Positions 28,694 through 37,608 of a stretch of 64,000 nt of DNA are shown here, one piece after another (the stretch's first letter is position 1; each line of letters starts with the position of its first letter). The translations under genes and the position numbers were made by a program. The notes under the pieces were generated by a model. The model had not been told where the DNA came from, made no database searches, and saw nothing but the letters and a program-made list of their open reading frames with translations. The DNA comes from an uncultured Phycisphaerales bacterium (GTDB taxonomy: Bacteria > Planctomycetota > Phycisphaerae > Phycisphaerales > SM1A02). The DNA is taken from positions 8,580 through 72,579 of the forward strand of contig CALKEP010000027.1 in assembly GCA_938084645.1 (NCBI GenBank), written 5' to 3'.

Positions 28694-30151
28694 ATGCATG
28701 ACGCCATGAGGACACCTGAAGCGGACATCCTGCAGCAGACGCGACGTCACTTCCTCTCCCGTGCCTCCGCGGGGGTGGGCGCGATGGCGCTGGCCTCGCT
28801 CGGGTACGGCCGGGTGGGTCCGGCGGACGAGGCGGCACGTTCCATCGCCCGCATGGCGCCGCACTTCGCGCCGCGGGCGAAGCGGATCATCTATCTCTTC
28901 CAGAGCGGGGGGCCGTCGCAGCTCGATCTCTTCGACCACAAGCCGGCGCTTCAGGACCGCAACGGCGAGGAACTGCCCGAATCGGTCCGGCAGGGGCAGC
29001 GGCTCACCGGAATGTCGGGCAATCAGGCGACGCTGCCGATGGCCGGCGCGCAGTTCAAGTTTGAGCGGCACGGTGAATGCGGGATGTGGGTGAGCGAACT
29101 CCTGCCTCGGACCGCGGCGATCGTCGACGACCTCTGCTTCATTCGATCGATGCAGACCGAGGCGATCAACCACGATCCCGCGATCACCTTCCTGCAGACC
29201 GGGTCGGAGCTCGCGGGGCGACCGTCGATGGGGGCGTGGGTCAGCTACGGCCTCGGTACCGAGAACCGGGATCTGCCGGCGTTCGTCGTGCTGGTGACCA
29301 AGGACAAGGGTGGGCAGCCGCTCTACTCGCGGCTCTGGGGAAGCGGCTTCCTCGAGAGTCGACTCCAGGGCGTGCAGATGCGGGCGGGTCGGGATCCGGT
29401 CCTCTATCTCGCGAACCCCGAGGGCGTCGACCGTGCTCGTCGGCGGCGGATGCTGGATCGCATCGCCGGGCTCGACGCGTCCCAGCACGCGCAGTCGCAG
29501 GATCCCGAGATCCACTCCCGACTGGCCCAGTACGAGCTGGCCTACCGCATGCAGATGTCGGTTCCCGAAGTCACCGATCTCGCGGAGGAGCCCGACGCGA
29601 CCTTCGAACTCTACGGCGAGGATGCCCGGGTTCCGGGCACCTACGCCGCCAACTGCCTGCTCGCGCGTCGGCTCGCCGAGCGCGACGTGCGATTCATCCA
29701 GCTCTATCACCAGGGCTGGGACCAGCACGGCGGCCTCCCCGCGGGGATCCGCGTGCAGGCGCGGGAGACGGATCAGGCATCGGCGGCCCTGGTCACGGAT
29801 CTCAAGCGTCGCGGCCTGCTGGAGGACACGCTGGTCGTGTGGGGTGGGGAGTTCGGTCGCACGAACTACTCGCAAGGCGCGCTGACCCCGACCGACTACG
29901 GGCGTGATCATCACCCCCGCTGTTTCACGATGTGGATGGCGGGGGGCGGCGTCAAGCCCGGTGTGGTCCACGGTCGCACGGACGAGCTGGGGTACAACGT
30001 GGTCGAGAACCCGGTGCACGTCCACGACCTGCAGGCGACGCTGCTGCACCAGATGGGGCTCGATCACGAGCGACTCACGCATCATCACCAGGGCCGCGAC
30101 TTCCGGCTCACCGACGTCCACGGCCGGGTCGTTCGCGACCTGCTGGTCTGA
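28694..30151 (+). CDS. DUF1501 protein (Tat-exported)
   Basis: TRRHFL; GGPSQLDLFD, GWDQH, GEFGR, GRDHH. Confidence 0.92.
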   Translation: MHDAMRTPEADILQQTRRHFLSRASAGVGAMALASLGYGRVGPADEAARSIARMAPHFAPRAKRIIYLFQSGGPSQLDLFDHKPALQDRNGEELPESVRQGQRLTGMSGNQATLPMAGAQFKFERHGECGMWVSELLPRTAAIVDDLCFIRSMQTEAINHDPAITFLQTGSELAGRPSMGAWVSYGLGTENRDLPAFVVLVTKDKGGQPLYSRLWGSGFLESRLQGVQMRAGRDPVLYLANPEGVDRARRRRMLDRIAGLDASQHAQSQDPEIHSRLAQYELAYRMQMSVPEVTDLAEEPDATFELYGEDARVPGTYAANCLLARRLAERDVRFIQLYHQGWDQHGGLPAGIRVQARETDQASAALVTDLKRRGLLEDTLVVWGGEFGRTNYSQGALTPTDYGRDHHPRCFTMWMAGGGVKPGVVHGRTDELGYNVVENPVHVHDLQATLLHQMGLDHERLTHHHQGRDFRLTDVHGRVVRDLLV

Positions 30152-30192
30152 GCCGGGGCGCAGCGGGCGTTCACTCGACGTACCGTGACTGC

Positions 30193-31485
30193 ATGACACG
30201 TCTACTTCGTTCGATTCCGTTCCTCGCCGTGCTCCTCGCGGGCGTCGTCGCGATTCCGGCGGTGGATGCCGGCATCGATTCGGTCTCGACCACCGAAGTC
30301 GTCGAGACCTCCGGGCCGGTCCTCGGTGATCTGACCGCGACGTCGGTGCGGATCGCCTGTCGACGCGCCGAGCCCGGCGTGGTGGTCATCGGACTCGCGG
30401 ATTCCTCGGGGACGCCGGTTCGTCGATGCCTGCTGGCCTGCCCTGCGGAGACGGACGGCGCCGGGATCCTCGAAATCGTCGATCTCGAGCCGGCGACCCG
30501 CTACCTCTATACGGTGGATGGTGCGTCGAACGATTCATGGTGGTTCGAGACGCGACCCGTCCCGGACGCGAGGTGTCGAATCGTCTTCGGCTCCTGCGCC
30601 GACGAGAAGGCGGGATCCTCGACGGTCTGGCGACGGATCGAGGCGGACGATCCGTCGGCACTCGTCCTTCTGGGTGACACGCCCTACATCGACACCACGG
30701 ATCTCGTGCGGCAGCGATCCCGGTATCGCGACTTCGCCGGCGTTCCCGCCTTCGCGGATCTCGTCGCCCACGTCCCGCTCTACTCGACCTGGGACGACCA
30801 CGACTTCGGTCGGAACGACACCGATGGCAATCTGGCGGGCAAGGAGAACAGTCGTCGTGCGGTGATGGAGCACCGGCCGAATCCGAGCTTCGGGGAAGCC
30901 GGCGAAGGCATCTACACGAGCTTTCGCCAGGGGCCGGTCGAGGTCTTCCTGCTCGACGCGCGGTGGTTCGCGCGAACCGAGGGCGAATCGGACGATCCGA
31001 CGTTGCTCGGTCGTCGGCAGTGGGCATGGCTGGAGCGTTCGCTCGCGGCCTCCACCGCCCCGTTCCGGATTCTCGCGTGCGGAATGGTCTTCAACGGATC
31101 GGTTCGACCCTTCAAGACCGACTGCTGGGGTGCCTATCCGAAGGAGTACGACCGGCTCGTCGAACTGATCGGGCGGGTCGGGGACGCGGGCGTGGTCCTC
31201 GTGAGCGGCGACGTCCACTGGTCGCGGGTCATTCGTCACGACACCGGCGACCGGCTCGATCACGACCTGATGGAGTTCGTCACCAGTCCGATCCACGAGA
31301 AGCTGATCGCCGCCGCGAATCCACCGCACCCTGGCCTGGTGTTCAGCGTCGGCGAGATCAACAGTTTTCTGGTGGTCGATGCCGCGGTCGAGGGCGGCAC
31401 GGCATCGATGTCGCTCCGCATTCGCAACGCCTCGGGTGAGGACCTTCACACGACCCGGGTCCAACGGTCGCCCGCGGATCCTTGA
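30193..31485 (+). CDS. phoD: Alkaline phosphatase D family protein
   Basis: FGSC, LGDTPY.D, WDDHD, LDAR, SGDVH motifs. Confidence 0.85.
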   Translation: MTRLLRSIPFLAVLLAGVVAIPAVDAGIDSVSTTEVVETSGPVLGDLTATSVRIACRRAEPGVVVIGLADSSGTPVRRCLLACPAETDGAGILEIVDLEPATRYLYTVDGASNDSWWFETRPVPDARCRIVFGSCADEKAGSSTVWRRIEADDPSALVLLGDTPYIDTTDLVRQRSRYRDFAGVPAFADLVAHVPLYSTWDDHDFGRNDTDGNLAGKENSRRAVMEHRPNPSFGEAGEGIYTSFRQGPVEVFLLDARWFARTEGESDDPTLLGRRQWAWLERSLAASTAPFRILACGMVFNGSVRPFKTDCWGAYPKEYDRLVELIGRVGDAGVVLVSGDVHWSRVIRHDTGDRLDHDLMEFVTSPIHEKLIAAANPPHPGLVFSVGEINSFLVVDAAVEGGTASMSLRIRNASGEDLHTTRVQRSPADP

Positions 31486-31518
31486 GTCCGTCGTGGCGAC
31501 GTCGGTGCCACCGTCGGG

Positions 31519-32328
31519 TCAGCCGGTCTTCCGACGCTGGGCGATCGGCAGGGGCTTCGGCCGGACGAAGATCAGGGTGTCGGCCGTGCTTTCGTCCGCC
31601 AGCGAGTAGCCTTCGGCGTCGAACTTGCGAAGCGCGGCGATCGTCTTCGGTCGGTGATCCGCCATCCAGCGAGCCATCAGGCCGCGGGACTGCTTTGCGT
31701 AGAACGACATGAACTTCGCCTTGCCGCCGTCGAGCTGGAGGAACTTCGTCGAGATGATCGGAACGCCGAGCGTCTCGAGTCGGGCGGCCTTCGCGTATTC
31801 GTCGCTGGCGAGGTTCACGAGCGTCTCGGAACCGTTGTCGGCCATGTCCTTCTTCAACGCCTTGCCGATCCGGTCGCCCCAGAAGTCATAGAGATTCGAG
31901 GCGGCCTCGGTCTTCAGCCGGGTTCCCATCTCGAGTCGATACGGTTGGATTCGATCCAGCGGCCGCAGCAGTCCGTAGAGGCCGCTCAGGATGCGGACGT
32001 GATCCTGCGCCCAGGCGAGGGCGCCTTTCTTCATCGTCCATGCCTCGAGGCCCTGGTACACGTCGCCTCGAAAGCACAACGCCGCCGGGCCACGCGGATT
32101 CCCGCGCGTGCCGAACGACTGCCAGCGATCGTGGTTCAGGGCCGCGAGCGGTTTCGAGATCGACATCATCCGCTCGAGCTGCGGCGCGGTGTGGGCTTCG
32201 AGCGTCTCGGCGAGCGCCCGGGTCTGCGTCGCGAACCGCGGCGTGCTCGGTTCGAGTCCCCCGGGGATCGGAGGGGCGTCCATCTCGAGCGACTTGGCGG
32301 GCGACAGTACGGCGGTGAATCCTGGCAT
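31519..32328 (-). CDS. yaaA: YaaA peroxide-stress DNA-binding protein
   Basis: LSPAKSL, GDVYQG, LSGLYGLLRPLD..YRLEMG, NLASDEY, AKQSRG. Confidence 0.92.
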   Translation of the reverse strand: MPGFTAVLSPAKSLEMDAPPIPGGLEPSTPRFATQTRALAETLEAHTAPQLERMMSISKPLAALNHDRWQSFGTRGNPRGPAALCFRGDVYQGLEAWTMKKGALAWAQDHVRILSGLYGLLRPLDRIQPYRLEMGTRLKTEAASNLYDFWGDRIGKALKKDMADNGSETLVNLASDEYAKAARLETLGVPIISTKFLQLDGGKAKFMSFYAKQSRGLMARWMADHRPKTIAALRKFDAEGYSLADESTADTLIFVRPKPLPIAQRRKTG

Positions 32329-32387
32329 GGCGACACTTTAGCGCGTTCGGAGGCGAATCGCCCGAGTGGTCGGGAGCACGGGTCGAC

Positions 32388-33494
32388 TCAACGATCGATG
32401 TCGACCACCGGGTCTCCGAGGATTTCCATCCGAGGTTCGATCCCGAGGCCCGGGCCGGTCGGGGCCGACATCCGGCCGTCCCGCCGCTGCGGCGCCCCCT
32501 CGGCGGTCGAGACCGTGACGTAGGAGTTGAAGTCCGTGGCCGTGAAGAGGAGATCGGTCGGGGTGCTGTGGGCGAGGTGGGCGATCGCCGCGGTGACGAC
32601 GTCGCTTCCCCAGGCATCCTCGATGGTCATCGCGATGCCGCGGGCGACGCAGAGATCCCGGGCCTGTCGGGCCCTGGTGAGTCCGCCGAACTTTCCGATC
32701 TTGATGTTCACGACGTCCATCGCGTCGTCTCGAAGCGCCCGGACCAGGCTGTCGAGGTCCTCGATCGACTCGTCCATCACGAAGGGGTGGCTGGTCCGGC
32801 GACGGATCGAGAGGCACTCCTCGTAGGTCCGGCATGGCTGCTCGATGTAGACGTCGCGACCCTCGACCGCACGCACCACCCGAGCCGCCTCGTGGGGGAG
32901 CCAGCCGGTGTTCGCATCGGCGACCAGGATGTCGCCCGGTTCGACCGCGTCCGCGCAGGCATGGATGCGGGCGATGTCCGTCTCCACGTCGCTTCCGACC
33001 TTCAGCTGGAATCGGCGGTATCCCTCGTCCCGGTACCCTCGGAGGTTCGCGGCCATCTCGGCCGGCTCGCGTTTGGAGATCGCGCGATAGAGGACGAAGT
33101 CATCGCCGTTGCGGCCCCCGAGGAGGGTGGCGAGCGGCAGTCCGGCGTCCTTTCCGAGCAGATCCCAGCACGCCATGTCGATGGCGCTCTTCACGTAGGG
33201 ATGTCCCTTGAGGCGGGCATCCATCGCCCGACCGATCACGTCCGTCTCCCGGGGGTCGAGGCCGATCAACGCCGGCGCCACCTCGGCGATGCCGGTGCGC
33301 GCGCCGGTCGCGTAGGACGGGAGATAGACCGGACCGAGCGGCGTCACTTCGCCGACCCCCGCCAGTCCGGTGTCGGTCTCGATGCGGACGATCGTCGCAT
33401 CGAAGACGTCGACCGACTTTCCGCCCGACCAGCTGTACCGCCCCTCGTGAAGCGGGAGGTCGACCTGATGAACGAGGATGCGGGTGATCTTCAT
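32388..33494 (-). CDS. Enolase superfamily MLE-subgroup enzyme, cis-3-hydroxy-L-proline dehydratase-like
   Basis: FQLKVG (QxK), DAN, EQP, DES metal ligands, IEDAWG, TDFNSY. Confidence 0.75.
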   Translation of the reverse strand: MKITRILVHQVDLPLHEGRYSWSGGKSVDVFDATIVRIETDTGLAGVGEVTPLGPVYLPSYATGARTGIAEVAPALIGLDPRETDVIGRAMDARLKGHPYVKSAIDMACWDLLGKDAGLPLATLLGGRNGDDFVLYRAISKREPAEMAANLRGYRDEGYRRFQLKVGSDVETDIARIHACADAVEPGDILVADANTGWLPHEAARVVRAVEGRDVYIEQPCRTYEECLSIRRRTSHPFVMDESIEDLDSLVRALRDDAMDVVNIKIGKFGGLTRARQARDLCVARGIAMTIEDAWGSDVVTAAIAHLAHSTPTDLLFTATDFNSYVTVSTAEGAPQRRDGRMSAPTGPGLGIEPRMEILGDPVVDIDR

Positions 33495-33646
33495 GAGAGG
33501 GGACTCGCTCGGCATGTGGACGGGGCTTCCGTTTCGGAGTGCCTTCCGTTGCACCAACGACGGACCTCGCGATAGCGTACCTTCGCCGCGGTCCGATTCG
33601 GTGTGAATCGGCGACCCCGTCGTTCATCCGCCCTGGGGATCCGTTC

Positions 33647-34450
33647 GTGACCACCATTCAGATCATCGCGATCATCGTGATCTTCATCGTCGGGGGTGGG
33701 GGAGCGGTGCTTCCGCTGGTGATGCGGACCCGGGTCTCGGCCGGCGCGATGTCGCGGGGAAACGCGTTCGCGGGCGGCGTCCTGCTGGCGGCGGGTCTGA
33801 TCCACCTGCTGGGCGACGCGGTGGGTGACTTCGCGGAGATCCACCCCGATCTCGACTATCCGATCGCCTACGCGATCGCGACCGCCGCGTTCCTGCTGGT
33901 CCTGGCGGTCGAGCGGGTCGTGCCGAGGGCCGGCTCGGTGGAGGGGATCTCGACCGGAGACCCGGAGGCCGATGCGTTCGTCAATGCGGCATCCGGATCC
34001 ACCGCGACGCCGTACCTGCTCCTGGTGACGCTTTCGATTCACTCCCTGATCGCCGGCGTGGCGTTGGGGACCGACGAGGCACAGTCGTCGTTCCTCGTGC
34101 TGCTGATCGCGATCCTCGCACACAAGGGATCCGCGGGCTTCGCGCTCGGCACCACCTTCCAGCGAGCCGGCGTGCCCTTTCGTCGGGCCTTGCCGGCGCT
34201 GCTGATCTTCGCCGCTTCGACGAGCACCGGTGTCCTGCTCGGGCTCTTCGCGGATCTGGCGTTCGACGCGGGGAGCATGCACGTCGTGACGGCCTGGTTC
34301 AAGGCGATCGCGGCGGGGACCTTCATCTACATCGCGGCCCTCGACATCGTCCGGGAGGAGTTCTTCCCGGTCGAGGCGGATCGTCACGGGCGGTACGCAT
34401 GTGCGTTCGTCGGCGCCGCCGTCATGGCACTGGTCGCGATCTGGATGTGA
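33647..34450 (+). CDS. ZIP-family metal transporter
   Basis: FAGGVLLAAGLIHLL, LSIHSLIAG, HK, AAGTFIY motifs. Confidence 0.88.
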   Translation: MTTIQIIAIIVIFIVGGGGAVLPLVMRTRVSAGAMSRGNAFAGGVLLAAGLIHLLGDAVGDFAEIHPDLDYPIAYAIATAAFLLVLAVERVVPRAGSVEGISTGDPEADAFVNAASGSTATPYLLLVTLSIHSLIAGVALGTDEAQSSFLVLLIAILAHKGSAGFALGTTFQRAGVPFRRALPALLIFAASTSTGVLLGLFADLAFDAGSMHVVTAWFKAIAAGTFIYIAALDIVREEFFPVEADRHGRYACAFVGAAVMALVAIWM

Positions 34451-34452
34451 CG
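34352..34452 (+). repeat. Direct repeat copy 1 (3' end of ZIP gene)
   Basis: 101 bp, 4 mismatches to 36715..36815. Confidence 0.95.
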
Positions 34453-34489
34453 CGGCAGGCGGGCACGACCTGCGAAGGTGGCGTCGTGG

Positions 34490-35281
34490 TCAGGCTGAGA
34501 ATTCGTCGGCCCGCTCGCGCGGGATGGCGAGGGTGTTTCTCGAGCAGTGATCGAGGCGGACTCGCGACTCCCGGGGCACGTCGCCATCGAAGAGGTGGTA
34601 ATCGGCGTCCCTGAGGATCGCGTAGGCCTCCGCGGACTGTTCGTCGCCGACCTCGATGTAGATGATCGGCCGTACGTCGGCGAGCAGGCGATTGGCGCCG
34701 CGAAGGGCAAGCACCTCGGCGCCTTCGATGTCTATCTTCACGACGTCGGGCCACGGTCCGTCGTCGAGCAGTGCATCGAGCGGGAGGGTCGGCACGGTTC
34801 GAGTCGATCTTGATCCGCCCGCCGTGGTTCTCTTGCTTGCGGATTCGATCCAGTTCGAAGCCCGGCCACGCTCCGCGACGTTGAACTTCACGGAACCGGC
34901 CTTGTCGGAGATCGCGGCGGCGAGAACTTCGACTCTGAATCCCGCCTCTCGATTCAGTCTCTCTGCACGATCGAGCAGGCCGGCGAGCCATCGATCCGCC
35001 TCCACGGCAAGCACGTGTCCAGTCGGGCCGGTCTTCGCGGCCGCAGCGAAGGTGAAGACGCCGACATTCGCGCCGATGTCCCACACCGTCGATCCTGAAG
35101 AGACGAACGTTCGAGCGAAGTTGAGAAGCTCCGCGTTGAAGGCCGAATCGCCGGGCTTGAGGTACTTGAGTGCCGCATCGGGAGAAACGACCACCCTGGC
35201 ACCACGGAAATCGGAGGGGAGATTCCGCGTGAACGAACGGCCCCGGCTCAATCGCTCCACGATGCGTCGCATGTTCGGCAT
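34490..35281 (-). CDS. FkbM-family methyltransferase
   Basis: WDIGANVG, LAVEA, VKIDIEGAE motifs. Confidence 0.88.
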   Translation of the reverse strand: MPNMRRIVERLSRGRSFTRNLPSDFRGARVVVSPDAALKYLKPGDSAFNAELLNFARTFVSSGSTVWDIGANVGVFTFAAAAKTGPTGHVLAVEADRWLAGLLDRAERLNREAGFRVEVLAAAISDKAGSVKFNVAERGRASNWIESASKRTTAGGSRSTRTVPTLPLDALLDDGPWPDVVKIDIEGAEVLALRGANRLLADVRPIIYIEVGDEQSAEAYAILRDADYHLFDGDVPRESRVRLDHCSRNTLAIPRERADEFSA

Positions 35282-35961
35282 GTATCTGTTCCCGGTCGGC
35301 GTCAGTCTGGAGTCTGGCTCGTCATACGACGGAGTCACCTCCGATCGGTGAATTCGGGCGAATCCGGGTAAGAAAATCTTGAAAAGACCCAGACGGACGG
35401 AGTCGTGCGGTGCCGCTCTCTCCCGCGCCCGTCTTGATACCGGCTCATTGCCCGGGTGGGGCACGGAACAGTCTCTTCCTCAGGCTGGGATGCGATGTCT
35501 GGCAGAGCGATTCTTGGTTCTTGAGAGCGTTCCTTGATCAGCCAGACCTCTTTGCCGTCAACAGATGAACAACGACCGTTCTATCGCCCATAAACCCGCT
35601 CGGTCATGTTCCGGTTTTCTCCGTCGTGACCGCGGTGGGATTCAACTTTCTTGTGGTGGGGACCTCCGGCGGGGCTTCAGGGGTTGGAGCCCTCCGGGCG
35701 AATCCCACCGCTGCTCCGCGATGGGGAGCGTGAATACCGCTATTTCTTCTGAGTTTCCCACCTCGTGAACCAGCCCCTTGACGCAGCAATTCCAGCCGTT
35801 CATCCCGTTCCGCCTTCGCCCCGCGACCCACGGTGACACCCGTGCGGCGGGGAACCGGCCTCTTCCGATCCCGAAGGCGATCGGCGAGTGGTCCTTGCGA
35901 CGACTCGGTTGTCCGGGCCCCGGGATGGAAGCCATTCGCCATGCGCCGTGCAAGGCACGAT

Positions 35962-36515
35962 ATGAACACCCCACCAATCGATCGATTTTCGTACGACGAC
36001 GAGATTACCCGTAGATTCCTGCTCGCCACCGTCTTCTGCGGGGCCATCGGGATGCTGGTCCGTCTTCTGATCGCCCCGCAGCTCGTGAACCCAGTGTTCA
36101 ACCTCGGTGTGGAGTAGGCGAACTTCGGCCGTCTGCGGCCGCGCCACGCCAACGCGGTCATCTTCGTCTTCGCGGAGAACGCCGTCGTCATGGGTGTCTA
36201 CTACTTGCTGCAGCGTCTGCTGAAGGCGAGGGCGTTCCGCGATATCCTTGGTCGGGTCCACTTCTGGGGATCGCAGGCGATCATCGTGGTCGCCGCGATC
36301 AGCCTTCTCCTCGGCATCACCTAGTCCCGTGGATACGCGGAACTGGAATGCCCATCGACATCGCGGTGGTCCTGTTCTGGGTGGTCTTCGCCATCAACGT
36401 GTTCGGGGCGATCGTGCGGCGACGGGAACGTCACCTCTACGTCGCGATCTGGTTCTACAACGCGACCATCATCGCGGTCGCGATCCTGTACATCTGCAAC
36501 AACCTCGTGATGACG
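35962..36515 (+). pseudogene. ccoN: cbb3-type cytochrome c oxidase subunit I, 5' fragment
   Basis: FSYDDEITRRF..FGRLRP.H.NAVIF..QRLLK..YAELE/PIDI..HLYVAIWFY; TAG at 36115 and 36322; 1-nt frameshift near 36350; truncated. Confidence 0.9.
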
Positions 36516-36550
36516 GCCGACGTTCTACCCCGCCCGCGGGGGACTGCACG

Positions 36551-36700
36551 GTGTCGAGGATCCGCGTCAGCATCGCGGTATCGATCGGGTGTGACGCGTT
36601 CTTCGCGGTGATCGCCATCTCGGGGCTGATCGCTCCCATCCCGGCGGCGATCCCGATGCCGATCAGCAGGGCCAGCGTGGTGATGCCGTCACTGCGGAGA
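36551..36700 (+). pseudogene. C-terminal remnant of a P1B heavy-metal ATPase (CcoI/FixI-like)
   Basis: IRVSIAVSIGCD..GLIAPIPAAIPMPISRASVV..SLR resembles the degenerate last two helices (YN..P..AA..MxxSS..V..SLR). Confidence 0.55.
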
Positions 36701-36714
36701 TTGCCTGGTGAACA

Positions 36715-36815
36715 CGGGAGGAGTTCTTCCCGGTCGAGGCGGATCGTCACGGACGGTACGCCTGTGCGTTCATCGGCGCCGCGGTCATGGCACTGGTCGC
36801 GATCTGGATGTGACG
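36715..36815 (+). repeat. Direct repeat copy 2 (orphan 3' end of ZIP gene)
   Basis: Encodes REEFFPVEADRHGRYACAFIGAAVMALVAIWM*. Confidence 0.95.
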
Positions 36816-36852
36816 TGGAGGGGACTTCGCCGGCGTCGCCATGCTCTGCTGC

Positions 36853-37350
36853 TCAGTTGCGCGGCCGCCCGGTGTCAGGGCGGAAGGGACGACGACGACC
36901 GGCCGGGGCCGGCTGTTCATCCTCCACCGGCCCCCGCGCGGTCGGACTCACGCCTTCGAATCGTTCCAGCGTGGTTTCATACAACAGCTGATCGACGGCG
37001 TTCTGCACCTCGACGAGCTCGGCGTGCAGCGGGCACGGGTCGCCCTGTCCGCAGACGCCGCCGCCGAACGGGCAGATGTGGGAGGCGTTCTCCGTTTCGA
37101 ACAGCCGGTAGATGTCGTAGATCCGGATCTCGCGGGGCGGCTTGGCGAGCGTGAACCCTCCACCCGGGCCGGGAACACCACCCACGATCCCCGCCTGGGA
37201 GAGCACGGTGAGAATCTTCGCGAGGAACGGACGCTGGAGATTCCGCGACTCGGCGATTTCGGTGACCGAGAGTCTCGTCGTCCCACCGTCGTAGACCTCG
37301 GCAAGTCGGGAGGCCGCGGCGATCGCGGTCTCGGTCTGTCTTGTGTACAT
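36853..37350 (-). CDS. Rrf2-family transcriptional regulator with three Cys
   Basis: IAE..FLAKIL..GPGGGFTLAKP; CPFGGGVCGQGDPCPLH. Confidence 0.9.
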   Translation of the reverse strand: MYTRQTETAIAAASRLAEVYDGGTTRLSVTEIAESRNLQRPFLAKILTVLSQAGIVGGVPGPGGGFTLAKPPREIRIYDIYRLFETENASHICPFGGGVCGQGDPCPLHAELVEVQNAVDQLLYETTLERFEGVSPTARGPVEDEQPAPAGRRRPFRPDTGRPRN

Positions 37351-37608
37351 GCCCCGCTCCTGATCGGCGTCGATCGAACTGAATCGATCGGTGCGAGCCC
37401 GACGCCGATCGCGGAGTCTACGCGAGTCAAAAGGCCCGGGAGGTGAAGTTTCCGAAGACGGGGTGATTCCCCCATCCGTCGGGCGTGCGCCCTCGCCGTC
37501 ACCATCGCGGCGGGACCGTCGATCGGGAGCGAGGCCCCGACCTCGGATGACTGCACCGGCGACCCTCGTTCATCGGTGCGGACATCGGCTTGTGCTAGCA
37601 TCCGCCGC

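Noticed and set aside
13965..30151. Inverted DUF1501 copies as ends of a mobile or invertible element
   Set aside because: Similarity is paralog-level and confined to coding sequence; no recombinase present
35282..35961. FNR box or IS remnant upstream of ccoN
   Set aside because: Only TTGAT/TTGAC half-sites without a matching ATCAA; no transposase motif recognised
36115..36324. Two in-frame TAG codons in ccoN as stop-codon recoding
   Set aside because: Each is one substitution from a plausible sense codon, and the gene also has a frameshift, damaged conserved residues and a truncation, so it is a pseudogene
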